A stretch of 64,000 nucleotides of DNA from positions 64,001 through 128,000 of the forward strand of contig OZ245040.1 of the NCBI GenBank assembly GCA_965224195.1, in the 5' to 3' direction. The notes below the pieces were generated by a model. That model had not been told where the DNA came from. It was given only the letters and a program-made list of their open reading frames with translations, and ran no database searches. Within the stretch, counting starts at the first letter, position 1. Every line of letters begins with the position of its first letter. The stretch comes from Nitrosopumilus sp. Its GTDB lineage: Archaea; Thermoproteota; Nitrososphaeria; Nitrososphaerales; Nitrosopumilaceae. This document shows, in pieces, positions 41,455 to 50,442 of the stretch. The position numbers and the translations under genes were made by a program.

Positions 41455-41910
41455 TTAGTATAATGTTACTTCTTTAAGATGATATTCAGGATATTTCTCA
41501 TGAACATAATCTAGTAATTTTACATATGACATTTCTCCATATTTTTTGTAAACTGAATCTATTGTGTCAATTTCTTTTTGATTTAACACTCCTTGTTTTT
41601 TAGCAGATGTCAAATATTTTTTCCCAGTATCTGTTATACTATAACAATACACATCGTTTCCAGAAGGTGTAGATCTTACATTTTCTTTTATTACTCCCAG
41701 TTCTGCCATTCTTCCTAAAAGATAATTCACATAATCTGATAATGGACCTAATGGTGCTGGTTCAAATTCATAATCATATTTTTTACCTAAAGAGACTTGT
41801 GATAGAAATACTAATTTTTGAAATCTGACTTTACCACGAATCTCGTTTGCATGTGAAATAATTTTTAGTGGAATTGCAAGTTCTTCTAAAAGATTTGTTA
41901 CCAAAATCAT
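41455..41910 (-). CDS. SocA/Panacea (DUF4065)/YwgA-like antitoxin-family protein
   Basis: GKVRFQKLVFLSQ, YEFEPAPLGPLS and LLDYVHEKYPE. Confidence 0.75.
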   Translation of the reverse strand: MILVTNLLEELAIPLKIISHANEIRGKVRFQKLVFLSQVSLGKKYDYEFEPAPLGPLSDYVNYLLGRMAELGVIKENVRSTPSGNDVYCYSITDTGKKYLTSAKKQGVLNQKEIDTIDSVYKKYGEMSYVKLLDYVHEKYPEYHLKEVTLY

Positions 41911-42383
41911 TCTTCCTCCAAGTTACCTTCCTTTAAAGTAATTCCTTCTTCCATAGCTTCAAATGGAGAAATTGTATGTAGAATTCCACGTTTGTAATCA
42001 TCTAAAATTTTAACTAAATTTTCTCTTATTATTGGTAATTTTACAGTTTCATACAATATTTTTGCAGGTCTACCACCTGTTTTGTTCTTTTTTTGATTTT
42101 TACATTCAGTAACAAATCCAAGAATTACTAATTTTATTAATGAAGTACCTACTGATTTTTCAGAATAATTAGTTCTAATTTCATTTGGAAGTATACTTGA
42201 AATGGGATTTAATGATTTCATAATCTCTGGTGCAGAAAATGCTATTTTCTTTTCGAACCATCTTTGGGTAAATAGAAATACAAACACTCCTACATCTCGT
42301 GGATTCATACCCATTAGAGATAAACCGATACCATATTTTGCATAAATTCCACTGTAATTTTGAATCCATGTTGGAGTTGGCAA
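41907..42383 (-). CDS. Winged-helix transcriptional regulator-like protein
   Basis: GMNPRDVGVFVFL, SAPEI, SVGTSLIKLVILGFV and GGRPAKILY; 4-nt overlap with the Panacea-like gene. Confidence 0.6.
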   Translation of the reverse strand: MPTPTWIQNYSGIYAKYGIGLSLMGMNPRDVGVFVFLFTQRWFEKKIAFSAPEIMKSLNPISSILPNEIRTNYSEKSVGTSLIKLVILGFVTECKNQKKNKTGGRPAKILYETVKLPIIRENLVKILDDYKRGILHTISPFEAMEEGITLKEGNLEEE

Positions 42384-42546
42384 TTATTTTGATTATCACA
42401 CAATACGTATAAAATGGATGCGATCGGGTTTTAATCATATTTTCTTCTAATGGAGGAAAAGAAGTTCGTGTCAAAAGGAAAAATGTTATTGTTTTCCTCA
42501 TCTGGAGTTTAATTTCCTTTTTGTATTATAAAAATAGGAATTTTTT

Positions 42547-42807
42547 ATGGAATGTAAAAATGAACAACACCCTGATCACTACAACATCTTTGTTAATGCA
42601 AAGCGAAATTCTTGGAAGGATGAAACAATCAATTATTCACAAGTCGTGAATTTGGCATTTCCTCCTCCACATGGTTCAAACGAAGTATTCACTGTTCAGT
42701 ATAGCCGTGGTCCAAAAGAAAATCGTGAAGGTACTCTTGTAGATGGACAGGAAGTTGAAATTAAAAGTGGAATGGTGTTTGATGTTACTAGAACTGATAA
42801 GTCATAA
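42547..42807 (+). CDS. Ubiquitin-like beta-grasp protein (multiubiquitin family, single domain)
   Basis: IFVNAK, INYSQVVNLAF, FTVQYSRGP and GTLVDGQEVEIKSGMVFDVTRTDKS; ends in Ser, not Gly-Gly. Confidence 0.8.
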   Translation: MECKNEQHPDHYNIFVNAKRNSWKDETINYSQVVNLAFPPPHGSNEVFTVQYSRGPKENREGTLVDGQEVEIKSGMVFDVTRTDKS

Positions 42808-43969
42808 TGATGATCTAAAACAGCTTCTAAACGAAGGTTATGAAGTAGAATTTTTTAACATCTACCTTATGATCCACCATGTTCCATATGTGAACGATAA
42901 AAATCAAGTAGCATATGGAACATTAGTTTCCAAATCTGAACTAACTAGCTCTACTGTGAAACCTACTGATCATACAGTGCTTTGGATTGGAGATTTTCCA
43001 TGTGACTCTAAAGGCTCACCATTGGTGAAATTGGGTACCAATAATGTACAAGAGAATATTCGAGAAGGATTAATAGCCTCTCATTTGTTTTCTCAAAAAC
43101 CCAAGCCCCCTTTAACAGGATATGCTAATCATCATGAAAAGATGACTACCTATATCCGAATGTTAGAAGGTGAAGCTCATGCCCTTGATTCTACTGTAAC
43201 TGCCAAGACGTTTTTATCTGTTAAACTCACAGAAGAGGAATCAGTTTTTTGTTATTTGGATACATCTTCAAGTCGTGCAGGTATTACGTCTATTAATGAG
43301 AAATTAAAACAAGACAAAATTGCTATTGTTGGATTAGGTGGAACAGGATCATATGTTTTAGATCTTGTTGCCAAGACTCCTGTGGGGGAAATACATCTTT
43401 TTGATGGAGATAAATTTCTCAATCATAATGCTTTTCGCTCTCCTGGAGCACCATCATATAATGACTTGTTAAAAAACACAACTAAAGTAGAGTGGTTCAC
43501 AGAAATCTATTCTCATATGCGAAGAAAAATTATTCCGCATACACAATTTATCGATGAATCAAATATCTCAGAATTAAATTCTATGGGTATTGTATTCCTT
43601 TGTATTGATAAAGGTGAACTAAGAAAACTGATTGTAAATCATCTTATAGAAAACAAGATCCCATTCATAGATGTTGGAATTTCTCTTTTACGTGAAAGTA
43701 AAGCATTAACTGGTTCTGTTCGAATAACCACTTGCACTCCATCTTTTCACAATCATGTAACAAACAGAATTCCTTTTGGTAGTAGCAAAAATAATGAATA
43801 TTCAAGTAACATCCAAGTAGCTGATATGAATGCACTAAATGCTGCATTTGCAGTTATCAAATGGAAGAAGATGTGTGGATTCTATCATGATATTCCTAAT
43901 GAACATCATACTGTTTATGGAATCTCTACTAATACTGTTACAAATGATGAGATCGTAAATGAAGCATAA
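42782..43969 (+). CDS. DUF6791 (E2-like) + ThiF/E1 adenylyltransferase fusion
   Basis: DLKQLLNEGYEV, HHVPYV, DHTVLWIGDFPC and FSQKP; then IAIVGLGGTGS, FDGD..LNHNAFRSPGA, FLCID and NIQVADMNALNA; start placed at ATG 42782. Confidence 0.85.
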   Translation: MLLELISHNDDLKQLLNEGYEVEFFNIYLMIHHVPYVNDKNQVAYGTLVSKSELTSSTVKPTDHTVLWIGDFPCDSKGSPLVKLGTNNVQENIREGLIASHLFSQKPKPPLTGYANHHEKMTTYIRMLEGEAHALDSTVTAKTFLSVKLTEEESVFCYLDTSSSRAGITSINEKLKQDKIAIVGLGGTGSYVLDLVAKTPVGEIHLFDGDKFLNHNAFRSPGAPSYNDLLKNTTKVEWFTEIYSHMRRKIIPHTQFIDESNISELNSMGIVFLCIDKGELRKLIVNHLIENKIPFIDVGISLLRESKALTGSVRITTCTPSFHNHVTNRIPFGSSKNNEYSSNIQVADMNALNAAFAVIKWKKMCGFYHDIPNEHHTVYGISTNTVTNDEIVNEA

Positions 43970-44327
43970 AATAATCAAACCTGAGTTTGTTGAATTAATT
44001 CCTGATGTAGTTGAATCTGGTATACTGTACATATCCATTCCTTTTGCAACAGCTACTCACAAATGTGCTTGTGGATGTAACGAAATTGTTGTAACACCTA
44101 TCAAACCTACAGATTGGACTTTAACTTGGAATGGTAAAGTAATTACAATGAACCCATCAATTGGAAATTGGAGTCTTCCGTGTCAATCACATTATTGGAT
44201 TGAAGAAAATAAAATAATTTGGTCTAGGAGATGGAATGATTTAGAAATTAGGGCTGGACGTACAAAGGATCAGAAAACAAAATCTCGATATTACGGAAAG
44301 TTCCGAACATGGTTCAATAGAACTTGA
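43959..44327 (+). CDS. DUF6527 family Cys/His protein
   Basis: GILYIS, HKCACGC and PSIGNWSLPCQSHYWI; overlaps the E1 stop. Confidence 0.8.
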   Translation: MKHKIIKPEFVELIPDVVESGILYISIPFATATHKCACGCNEIVVTPIKPTDWTLTWNGKVITMNPSIGNWSLPCQSHYWIEENKIIWSRRWNDLEIRAGRTKDQKTKSRYYGKFRTWFNRT

Positions 44328-44414
44328 TACAATATCTAGATATTTTCTAAGACTGATGAACTAGCAATAATCTAGTTATTCAATGACTGTGAAAAAAGCA
44401 ATCAAAATTCTGGA

Positions 44415-45086
44415 ATGCTTAAGTTCACCCAATGTTTAGATAATTTGTTGGGCTTTTTTGATGCTTTCAAAAAAAGTAGAAAACAAGTAAACCGCGAAAA
44501 CCAAGAACAAGGTAAAGCAGGAGAAAGAAGAATCAAAGAAGAGTACGAATTTTCAGGTTACAAAGTAAAAAGAACTGGAAAAGGTCATGACCTTAAAGCA
44601 GAAAAAAAAGATTGGCTTACTGGAAAAAAAGAAACAAAATACATTGAAGTTAAAACTGGAAATTCAAAACTATCTAAACTTCAAAAGAAAAAACGAAGTC
44701 AATTTGGTAAAAAATATGTTGTAGAACGTCTTGAACCTACTCTTTTAGGATTAGTATCAAACAATCGTGAATCTGACAAGTCTAAAACTAGAACAGAGAA
44801 AAATAGTTCAAGTTTTCTTGGATTTGGAAATGTTAGTTTTTGGGATTCTGATTCTAATACAAAAAAGAAAACAAAGAAAAAAACTAATACAAAAAAGAAA
44901 ATTACAAAAAAGAAGTTTGATGGTATCTGGGGTTCTAGTAGTTCTATGGATTTAATTTTTGGTTCTACAACAACCAAAAAGAAAACTACCAAAAGAAAAA
45001 CAACAAAGAAAAAAACTACAAAAAAGAAAACTACTGACATTTGGGGTTTAACTAATACAAGAAAGAAAAATACAGGAATATGGTAG
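44415..45086 (+). CDS. PD-(D/E)XK nuclease-like protein with Lys/Thr-rich repetitive tail
   Basis: GKAGE...GYKV..TGKGHD...YIEVKTG..LSKLQ; tail of KKKTT repeats with (I)WG motifs; start may be TTG 44448. Confidence 0.65.
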   Translation: MLKFTQCLDNLLGFFDAFKKSRKQVNRENQEQGKAGERRIKEEYEFSGYKVKRTGKGHDLKAEKKDWLTGKKETKYIEVKTGNSKLSKLQKKKRSQFGKKYVVERLEPTLLGLVSNNRESDKSKTRTEKNSSSFLGFGNVSFWDSDSNTKKKTKKKTNTKKKITKKKFDGIWGSSSSMDLIFGSTTTKKKTTKRKTTKKKTTKKKTTDIWGLTNTRKKNTGIW

Positions 45087-45087
45087 A

Positions 45088-45567
45088 GTGGATATGAGTA
45101 ATTTTAAACCAAAACATACCATTTTTGATAAGGAAAAATTTGTAGAAGAAAGAGCAAAACTTGGAGGATTGGCTCAAAAAGGAATGAGAACTACTGGTGG
45201 AACTGACATTGATTGGGTAATTGAACATAGGGGAGGATTCATCATAATGGAAAACAAAACTTTCTCAAAAGATTGGATTAGTTTACCAGTAGGACAAATG
45301 ATTACTTTTGAACAAATGTACAAGAAACTAAATGCAGATGGCAAGTGTCATTTTCTAATTTTTGGTTTTGATGGTGATGTTGATTTTAAGAACCCTGAAT
45401 CAATAATCTGGTATTTTGATATGAAAGATTGGGATGATGGCAAAATTTGTCCTAACAGAACAATATCATTCAAAAAATTTGGAGTTCATAGAAGAGAAAT
45501 GACAAAAATTACTCTGAAAGAATATAGAGAATTGATGGAAAAATATTGGAAAGAATTTGAGGAATAG
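45088..45567 (+). CDS. PD-(D/E)XK-fold nuclease-like protein
   Basis: TDIDWVIEHRGGFIIMENK...LPVGQ. Confidence 0.55.
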   Translation: MDMSNFKPKHTIFDKEKFVEERAKLGGLAQKGMRTTGGTDIDWVIEHRGGFIIMENKTFSKDWISLPVGQMITFEQMYKKLNADGKCHFLIFGFDGDVDFKNPESIIWYFDMKDWDDGKICPNRTISFKKFGVHRREMTKITLKEYRELMEKYWKEFEE

Positions 45568-45651
45568 GTTAAATCTAATTTTTATAAATTAAGAAACATG
45601 GAATACCGATCTGAGAATTTTGTGCTGAATTATGTTAAACAAACTAGACAC

Positions 45652-45662
45652 AATACCTCAAT
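45652..45662 (+). repeat. Putative attR core AATACCTCAAT
   Basis: Followed by GA (completing the presumed original rnp4 TGA) and TTTATAA upstream of rps19e. Confidence 0.7.
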
Positions 45663-45695
45663 GATTTATAAGACGATTATTGATTTTTTGACTTT

Positions 45696-46148
45696 ATGGC
45701 AAAGGTATACGATGTACCAGCAGATATACTGATAGAAAGACTATCTACAGCACTAAAGAGCGAAGATATTCCTGCACCTTCTTGGATACCATTTGTCAAA
45801 ACTGGAGCTCATGCAGATAAACCTCCTCAAGATAGAGACTGGTGGCATACAAGATGCGCTTCAATTATGAGAAAAATTTACCTTAATGGTCCACTTGGAA
45901 TTAATGCTTTAAGAAATGATTATGGTGGCGGTAAACCATCTGGATATGGAGCTGCACATCACAAAGATGCAGGTGGTGCAATTATTCGTAATGCAATTCA
46001 AGCATTAGAAAAACTTGGATATGTAGAAAAAGTTGAGAAGAAAGGACGTATAATTTCTAAACAAGGAATGCAAAAACTTGATAGACTAGCAACTGAAATT
46101 CTTAAAGAATTAATTGTTGAAACACCACAATTGAAGATATACTCTTAG
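45696..46148 (+). CDS. rps19e: 30S ribosomal protein S19e
   Basis: VYDVPAD, WIPFVKTG, DWWHTRCASIMRKIY and IIRNAIQALE. Confidence 0.95.
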   Translation: MAKVYDVPADILIERLSTALKSEDIPAPSWIPFVKTGAHADKPPQDRDWWHTRCASIMRKIYLNGPLGINALRNDYGGGKPSGYGAAHHKDAGGAIIRNAIQALEKLGYVEKVEKKGRIISKQGMQKLDRLATEILKELIVETPQLKIYS

Positions 46149-46155
46149 ATTTAAA

Positions 46156-46437
46156 ATGAGTTTTCCAGAATCCAACGAACCTCCTGTTGATAACACGAAT
46201 CATGAGTTAGCTGCACAAAAAGAACAAATTCTAAAACAAGTTCTAACGCCAGAAGCTCGAAGTAGATTAAACAATATCAAGATGGTTAAACCTGAACTCT
46301 CTGATATGGTTGAGCAATATTTGATCGGTATGGCAACTCAAGGAAAACTCCCTGGTCAACTCACTGATGAACAATTAAAGCAAATTTTGCTCTCTGCCCA
46401 GCAACCTAAACGTGATTTCAAGATAAATCGAGTTTAA
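46156..46437 (+). CDS. PDCD5-like dsDNA-binding protein
   Basis: VLTPEARSRLNNIKMVKPE; usual position after rps19e. Confidence 0.88.
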   Translation: MSFPESNEPPVDNTNHELAAQKEQILKQVLTPEARSRLNNIKMVKPELSDMVEQYLIGMATQGKLPGQLTDEQLKQILLSAQQPKRDFKINRV

Positions 46438-46478
46438 TACAGAAAAAATTTAAATTTAGAAACAAATTTCGTAAATTC

Positions 46479-47558
46479 ATGAAAGCCGTTGTATACACAG
46501 AATACGCACCAGATGATAATTATGCTAAAATCCTCAAAGTCCAGGATATAGATGACCCAAAACCAAAATCAGACGAAGTAGTATTTTCAGTAAAATCTGC
46601 CGCTCTGAATTATAATGATATTTGGGGAATGCGTGGAGTTCCAGTTGCAGTTCCATTGCCACACGTATCAGGTTCTGATGCTGCAGGTGATGTTATCGCA
46701 GTTGGTGAGGATGTTAAAAATATCAAAGTTGGAGATAGAGTAGTTTCTCACTCTAACATGTCATGTAGAGTTTGTAAAGCATGTACTGACGGTAGAGAAT
46801 TTGATTGCATTAAGAGAACCATTTGGGGATTCCAAACTGGTCCAACTTGGGGAGCTTTCCAAGAAGTAACCCATCTTCCTGAAGTAAATGTTTCAAAAAT
46901 TCCTGAAGGCGTTTCATATGATGATGCAGCAGCAGCATCAATGACTATTCTAACTTCATGGCACATGCTAGTTGGTAGAGCTAAGATTACACCTGGACAA
47001 ACCGTCTTGATAATGGGTGGTGGTTCTGGAGTTGGTAGCTTTGGAATTCAAATAGCAAAACTATACAATTGTGATGTTATTGCAACTGCAAGTCCTGACA
47101 AATTAGACAAATGTTTGGAACTTGGAGCAGATTATGCAGTAGATCATAGAAAAGAAGATTGGAGTAAAGAAGTCTATAAAATTTCAAAAGAAATTGCCAA
47201 GAGAAAAGGTGAAGCCCCAGGAATTGATTTATCATTTGATCACATTGGTGAAACACACTGGAATCAACAATTGCAATTACTGAAGTATGGTGCAACTCTT
47301 GTTTCATGCGGTGCAACCACTGGTTACAACGCAAAGACTGATCTCAGACATGTGTTCTTTAAAGGAACTAACATTTTGGGTTCAACACAAGGAACTAAAG
47401 CCGAACTTGATCAAGCTCTTTACTGGATGGGTCAAGGAAAAATTAAAGCAGCAATTGACTCAACCTATACATTTGAGCAAGCAGCTGAGGCTCACACAAA
47501 GATGTTAACCGGAAAAGGAATGTTCGGAAAAATCTTAATGAAGCCCGAGGGCGTTTAG
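46479..47558 (+). CDS. Zn-dependent medium-chain dehydrogenase/reductase
   Basis: PHVSGSDAAG, CRVCKAC..C and GGGSGVG. Confidence 0.88.
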   Translation: MKAVVYTEYAPDDNYAKILKVQDIDDPKPKSDEVVFSVKSAALNYNDIWGMRGVPVAVPLPHVSGSDAAGDVIAVGEDVKNIKVGDRVVSHSNMSCRVCKACTDGREFDCIKRTIWGFQTGPTWGAFQEVTHLPEVNVSKIPEGVSYDDAAAASMTILTSWHMLVGRAKITPGQTVLIMGGGSGVGSFGIQIAKLYNCDVIATASPDKLDKCLELGADYAVDHRKEDWSKEVYKISKEIAKRKGEAPGIDLSFDHIGETHWNQQLQLLKYGATLVSCGATTGYNAKTDLRHVFFKGTNILGSTQGTKAELDQALYWMGQGKIKAAIDSTYTFEQAAEAHTKMLTGKGMFGKILMKPEGV

Positions 47559-47565
47559 TCATTTA

Positions 47566-48420
47566 ATGACTCAGCTTTTTCGAAGTCTTATTTTTGTACC
47601 TGGAAATAATTCCAGATTCTTAGAAAAAGCAAAAACACTCCAAGCTGATATTGTTTGTTTTGATTTAGAAGATTCAGTTCCAGACAATGAAAAAACAAAC
47701 GCACGAAAACTAATTAAATCTGCATTAAAAGCAAGGAAATTATACAAATCTTCAATTTTTGTTAGAACAAATTCTCCAAGTTCGGGTAAAATTCCATCTG
47801 ATCTTAAAGAAATTGTTCAAAAAGGAATTGATGGAATTGTAATACCTAAAGTAAATAATATAAAAGAAATGAAAAAAATTAAAAAAATATTATCTGATTT
47901 AGAAAAAACTAGAAAACTAAAACCAATTCAAATTATCCCTTCAATTGAATCTGCAGAAGGAGTAGTGAATACTTTTGATATTGCATCTTTTGGAAAGCGA
48001 GTGTCTGCAGTAGTTTTTGGTGTATTTGATTTATTAAATAATTTAGGGGTAGAATATGTAAAAGATTCTGAAGGAGAAAAATATTCTAGAAGGAAAATAC
48101 CTGTAGATGCTCATGCCGCAGGAGTTGAAGTAATTGATGCTATTTGGCAAGATCTTAAAGATTCTAAAGGATTAGAAAAGGATTGTAAATTAGGAAAAAG
48201 TCTCGGATATACAGGAAAAAGCATCATTCACCCAGATCAAATACCTGTGGTTCACAAATTATTTCACCCCAACAAAAGTGAAATTTCCTGGGCTCAAAAA
48301 GTATGTGAAATTTATCTTGAATCTACCAAAAAAGGCAAAGGAGCAACTACTGTAGATGGAAAAATGATAGATGAGGTTCATTTCAAGCAAGCAAAGGCGC
48401 TCCTTGAACTTGTAAAATGA
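47566..48420 (+). CDS. CitE/HpcH-HpaI family acyl-CoA lyase
   Basis: RSLIFVPGN, DLEDSV, GKSIIHPDQI and DGKMID. Confidence 0.88.
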   Translation: MTQLFRSLIFVPGNNSRFLEKAKTLQADIVCFDLEDSVPDNEKTNARKLIKSALKARKLYKSSIFVRTNSPSSGKIPSDLKEIVQKGIDGIVIPKVNNIKEMKKIKKILSDLEKTRKLKPIQIIPSIESAEGVVNTFDIASFGKRVSAVVFGVFDLLNNLGVEYVKDSEGEKYSRRKIPVDAHAAGVEVIDAIWQDLKDSKGLEKDCKLGKSLGYTGKSIIHPDQIPVVHKLFHPNKSEISWAQKVCEIYLESTKKGKGATTVDGKMIDEVHFKQAKALLELVK

Positions 48421-48433
48421 TGATTTCTTCTAA

Positions 48434-49051
48434 TTAATCCTGTTCAAATAATTCAATAATTGATTTCATACTAGTGCTTTTTTCAAACATTTTTTTATTT
48501 ACAATTACAATAATTGCAATTTTATCTTTTTTAATCTCTAATTTTATTTCTTCAAATACACATTGAAGTTTAGATATTTTTTTACTTTCACTAAGGATTT
48601 TACCTGATTCTATTATTAAACCATGTAAAATTAAATTTTCTATTTTCCTATATCCTGATGTTTTTGGAACTTTGGATTCTTTAAGAATTTGTGGAATTGT
48701 ATATTCATTTTCTAATAATGTTGAAATGATCTTCCTAGTTTCAACTTCTCCAAATAATTCTAAAATTAAATCTCTTAAATCAGAATCAACAATAGTTACT
48801 AAAAATTTATCATTTCTTTTTTTTACTTTGAGAATTTTACCTATATAGTCTTTTTCAAATTTCTTAACATCAATTGTAGAATTTTTTCTAAGTACACTGG
48901 TAAATTTGTGGAAATGTTCTATTGATAATTTTATTGACATACCATGTTCTAAAAATAATTCTTTTTCAGTATTTTTTAGAATTTCTAAATCTAAGTTTTT
49001 TTTTATTTCACATGATAGTGAAGATGCTATGATTTTATCAATACCACCCAT
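48434..49051 (-). CDS. Winged-helix transcriptional regulator
   Basis: Start MGGIDK at 49051; TIPQILKESKVPKTSGYRKIENL HTH. Confidence 0.7.
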   Translation of the reverse strand: MGGIDKIIASSLSCEIKKNLDLEILKNTEKELFLEHGMSIKLSIEHFHKFTSVLRKNSTIDVKKFEKDYIGKILKVKKRNDKFLVTIVDSDLRDLILELFGEVETRKIISTLLENEYTIPQILKESKVPKTSGYRKIENLILHGLIIESGKILSESKKISKLQCVFEEIKLEIKKDKIAIIVIVNKKMFEKSTSMKSIIELFEQD

Positions 49052-49109
49052 ACTACAGTTGTAAATTATGGAAAATATTAAAACACTGCTTTTTCTAGTA
49101 TGACTAGAG

Positions 49110-49283
49110 ATGCAAAAATCAGTTATAGTTATTGATGATGATAAGGATATTGTCAGATTATTTAGTGAATTTCTTGAAGAGAATGACATCAATGTTGTTG
49201 GAAATGGATTTGATGGCGTTACAGCTGTTAAACTATACAAAGAAACCAAGCCTGCAGAACCACAGACAAAAATATTTTTATAG
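49110..49283 (+). pseudogene. Response regulator receiver domain, truncated
   Basis: MQKSVIVIDDDKDIVRLFSEFLEE...GFDGVTAVKLYKETKP, then unrelated sequence before the phospho-Asp. Confidence 0.75.
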
Positions 49284-49305
49284 TCCATGCAATGCAGGGA
49301 ACTCA

Positions 49306-50426
49306 TTGAGCATTAACATATTTTTGGTTGCAGTTTTGGCAGTAACAATAATTACCGTAGTTGCACTAACTGCAGCCCAGTCCTCTGAAGCATTTGCATT
49401 AAAAGCGGGGGGGGTCTCCCACAAAATGTTGCAATAGCGCGCAGCGGTGATGGTACAACTGCCACGTTATCGTGGGATGCGCAGGAAGGCATTGAGAACT
49501 ATTTCATAAAAAGCAAGTGCCTGTCATATACAGATGATTCTAATGGCAAGAAGCAAAAGAAGGTAAAGGTTTCAGGCAGTGATACATTCTACACCTTTGA
49601 TGTGGCTAATGATAAGTCATGTAAAGTTCACATCAGGGCATATGATGTCGATAATGGCAGGTCTGATAATGTGACAGTTGTACTGCCTGCAAATAATAAT
49701 GATAATTATAATATTAACAATAATATTAACGGCAATGACAATAACGATAATGCAGCAGAGCAGCCCAAAATCAGGGATACCAGACAATCCCAGACAACAA
49801 CTACAGATGATGCATCATCAGATCGTAAAGTACAAAATTTAGAGATAGAAAAAGCAGGTAACAAAAAAGTTACTTTAACATGGGAAGAACCAGCAAATTC
49901 AGATGAACTAATAAATTATGCTATCTCATACAATTGTTATATTCCTGGTACGAGAGGTGCTACCACTCATACTATCTTTACATCTATATCTATAGATAAT
50001 TTGCCTACAGATAACGCATGTAAGTTTTTTATAATTCCAATATATGGTGATAGTGGTTCAGATAGTGGTTCAGGTGATAGCATTACGTTAAACCGCCCTT
50101 TAAAAGACATACCATTTATTGAAACACCAAATGATATACAATTAACTGCTGTAATGGATGGTAGTGATGCAATCGAGGTGTCATGGCATCCAATATACAG
50201 TGATGTATCTAATTATATTCTGCAGTGGAATGATGGTACGAATCCAGGCGACGGCTTTATGCCTCATTATGAGAAGGTGTTTCAAGGTGATAATAGACCA
50301 ACATCACAAATAATTAAAAACGTTATTCCTGGAAATACATATACTATTGTACTCACTCTACTATACCAAGAACATGATTATATTGCATCGGAATCTTCCA
50401 CTATTATTAAATATACAGTATCCTAG
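49306..50426 (+). pseudogene. Secreted fibronectin type III repeat protein, out of frame at a G8 tract
   Basis: Signal peptide ending AFA; G8 at 49407-49414; three Fn3-like units (PQNV..LSW..Y; VQNL..LTWEEP..Y; PNDI..VSWHP..Y..PGNTY); Asn-rich linker. Confidence 0.7.
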
Positions 50427-50442
50427 ATGATGAAGTAGGCTT

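Larger units (their letters stand above)
35714..45662. mobile_element. Integrated element/defence island (~9.9 kb) inserted in the 3' end of rnp4
   Basis: 11-bp direct repeat AATACCTCAAT at both ends, integrase next to the left end, and it separates rnp4 from rps19e. Confidence 0.8.

Noticed and set aside
44855-45070. Repeats resembling a CRISPR array or iterons
   Set aside because: Imperfect codon-level repeats encoding the KKKTT tail; no constant repeat-spacer period and no cas genes.
49052-49306. N-terminal extension of the 48434-49306 ORF
   Set aside because: It is the antisense of the truncated response regulator; the likely start is ATG 49051.
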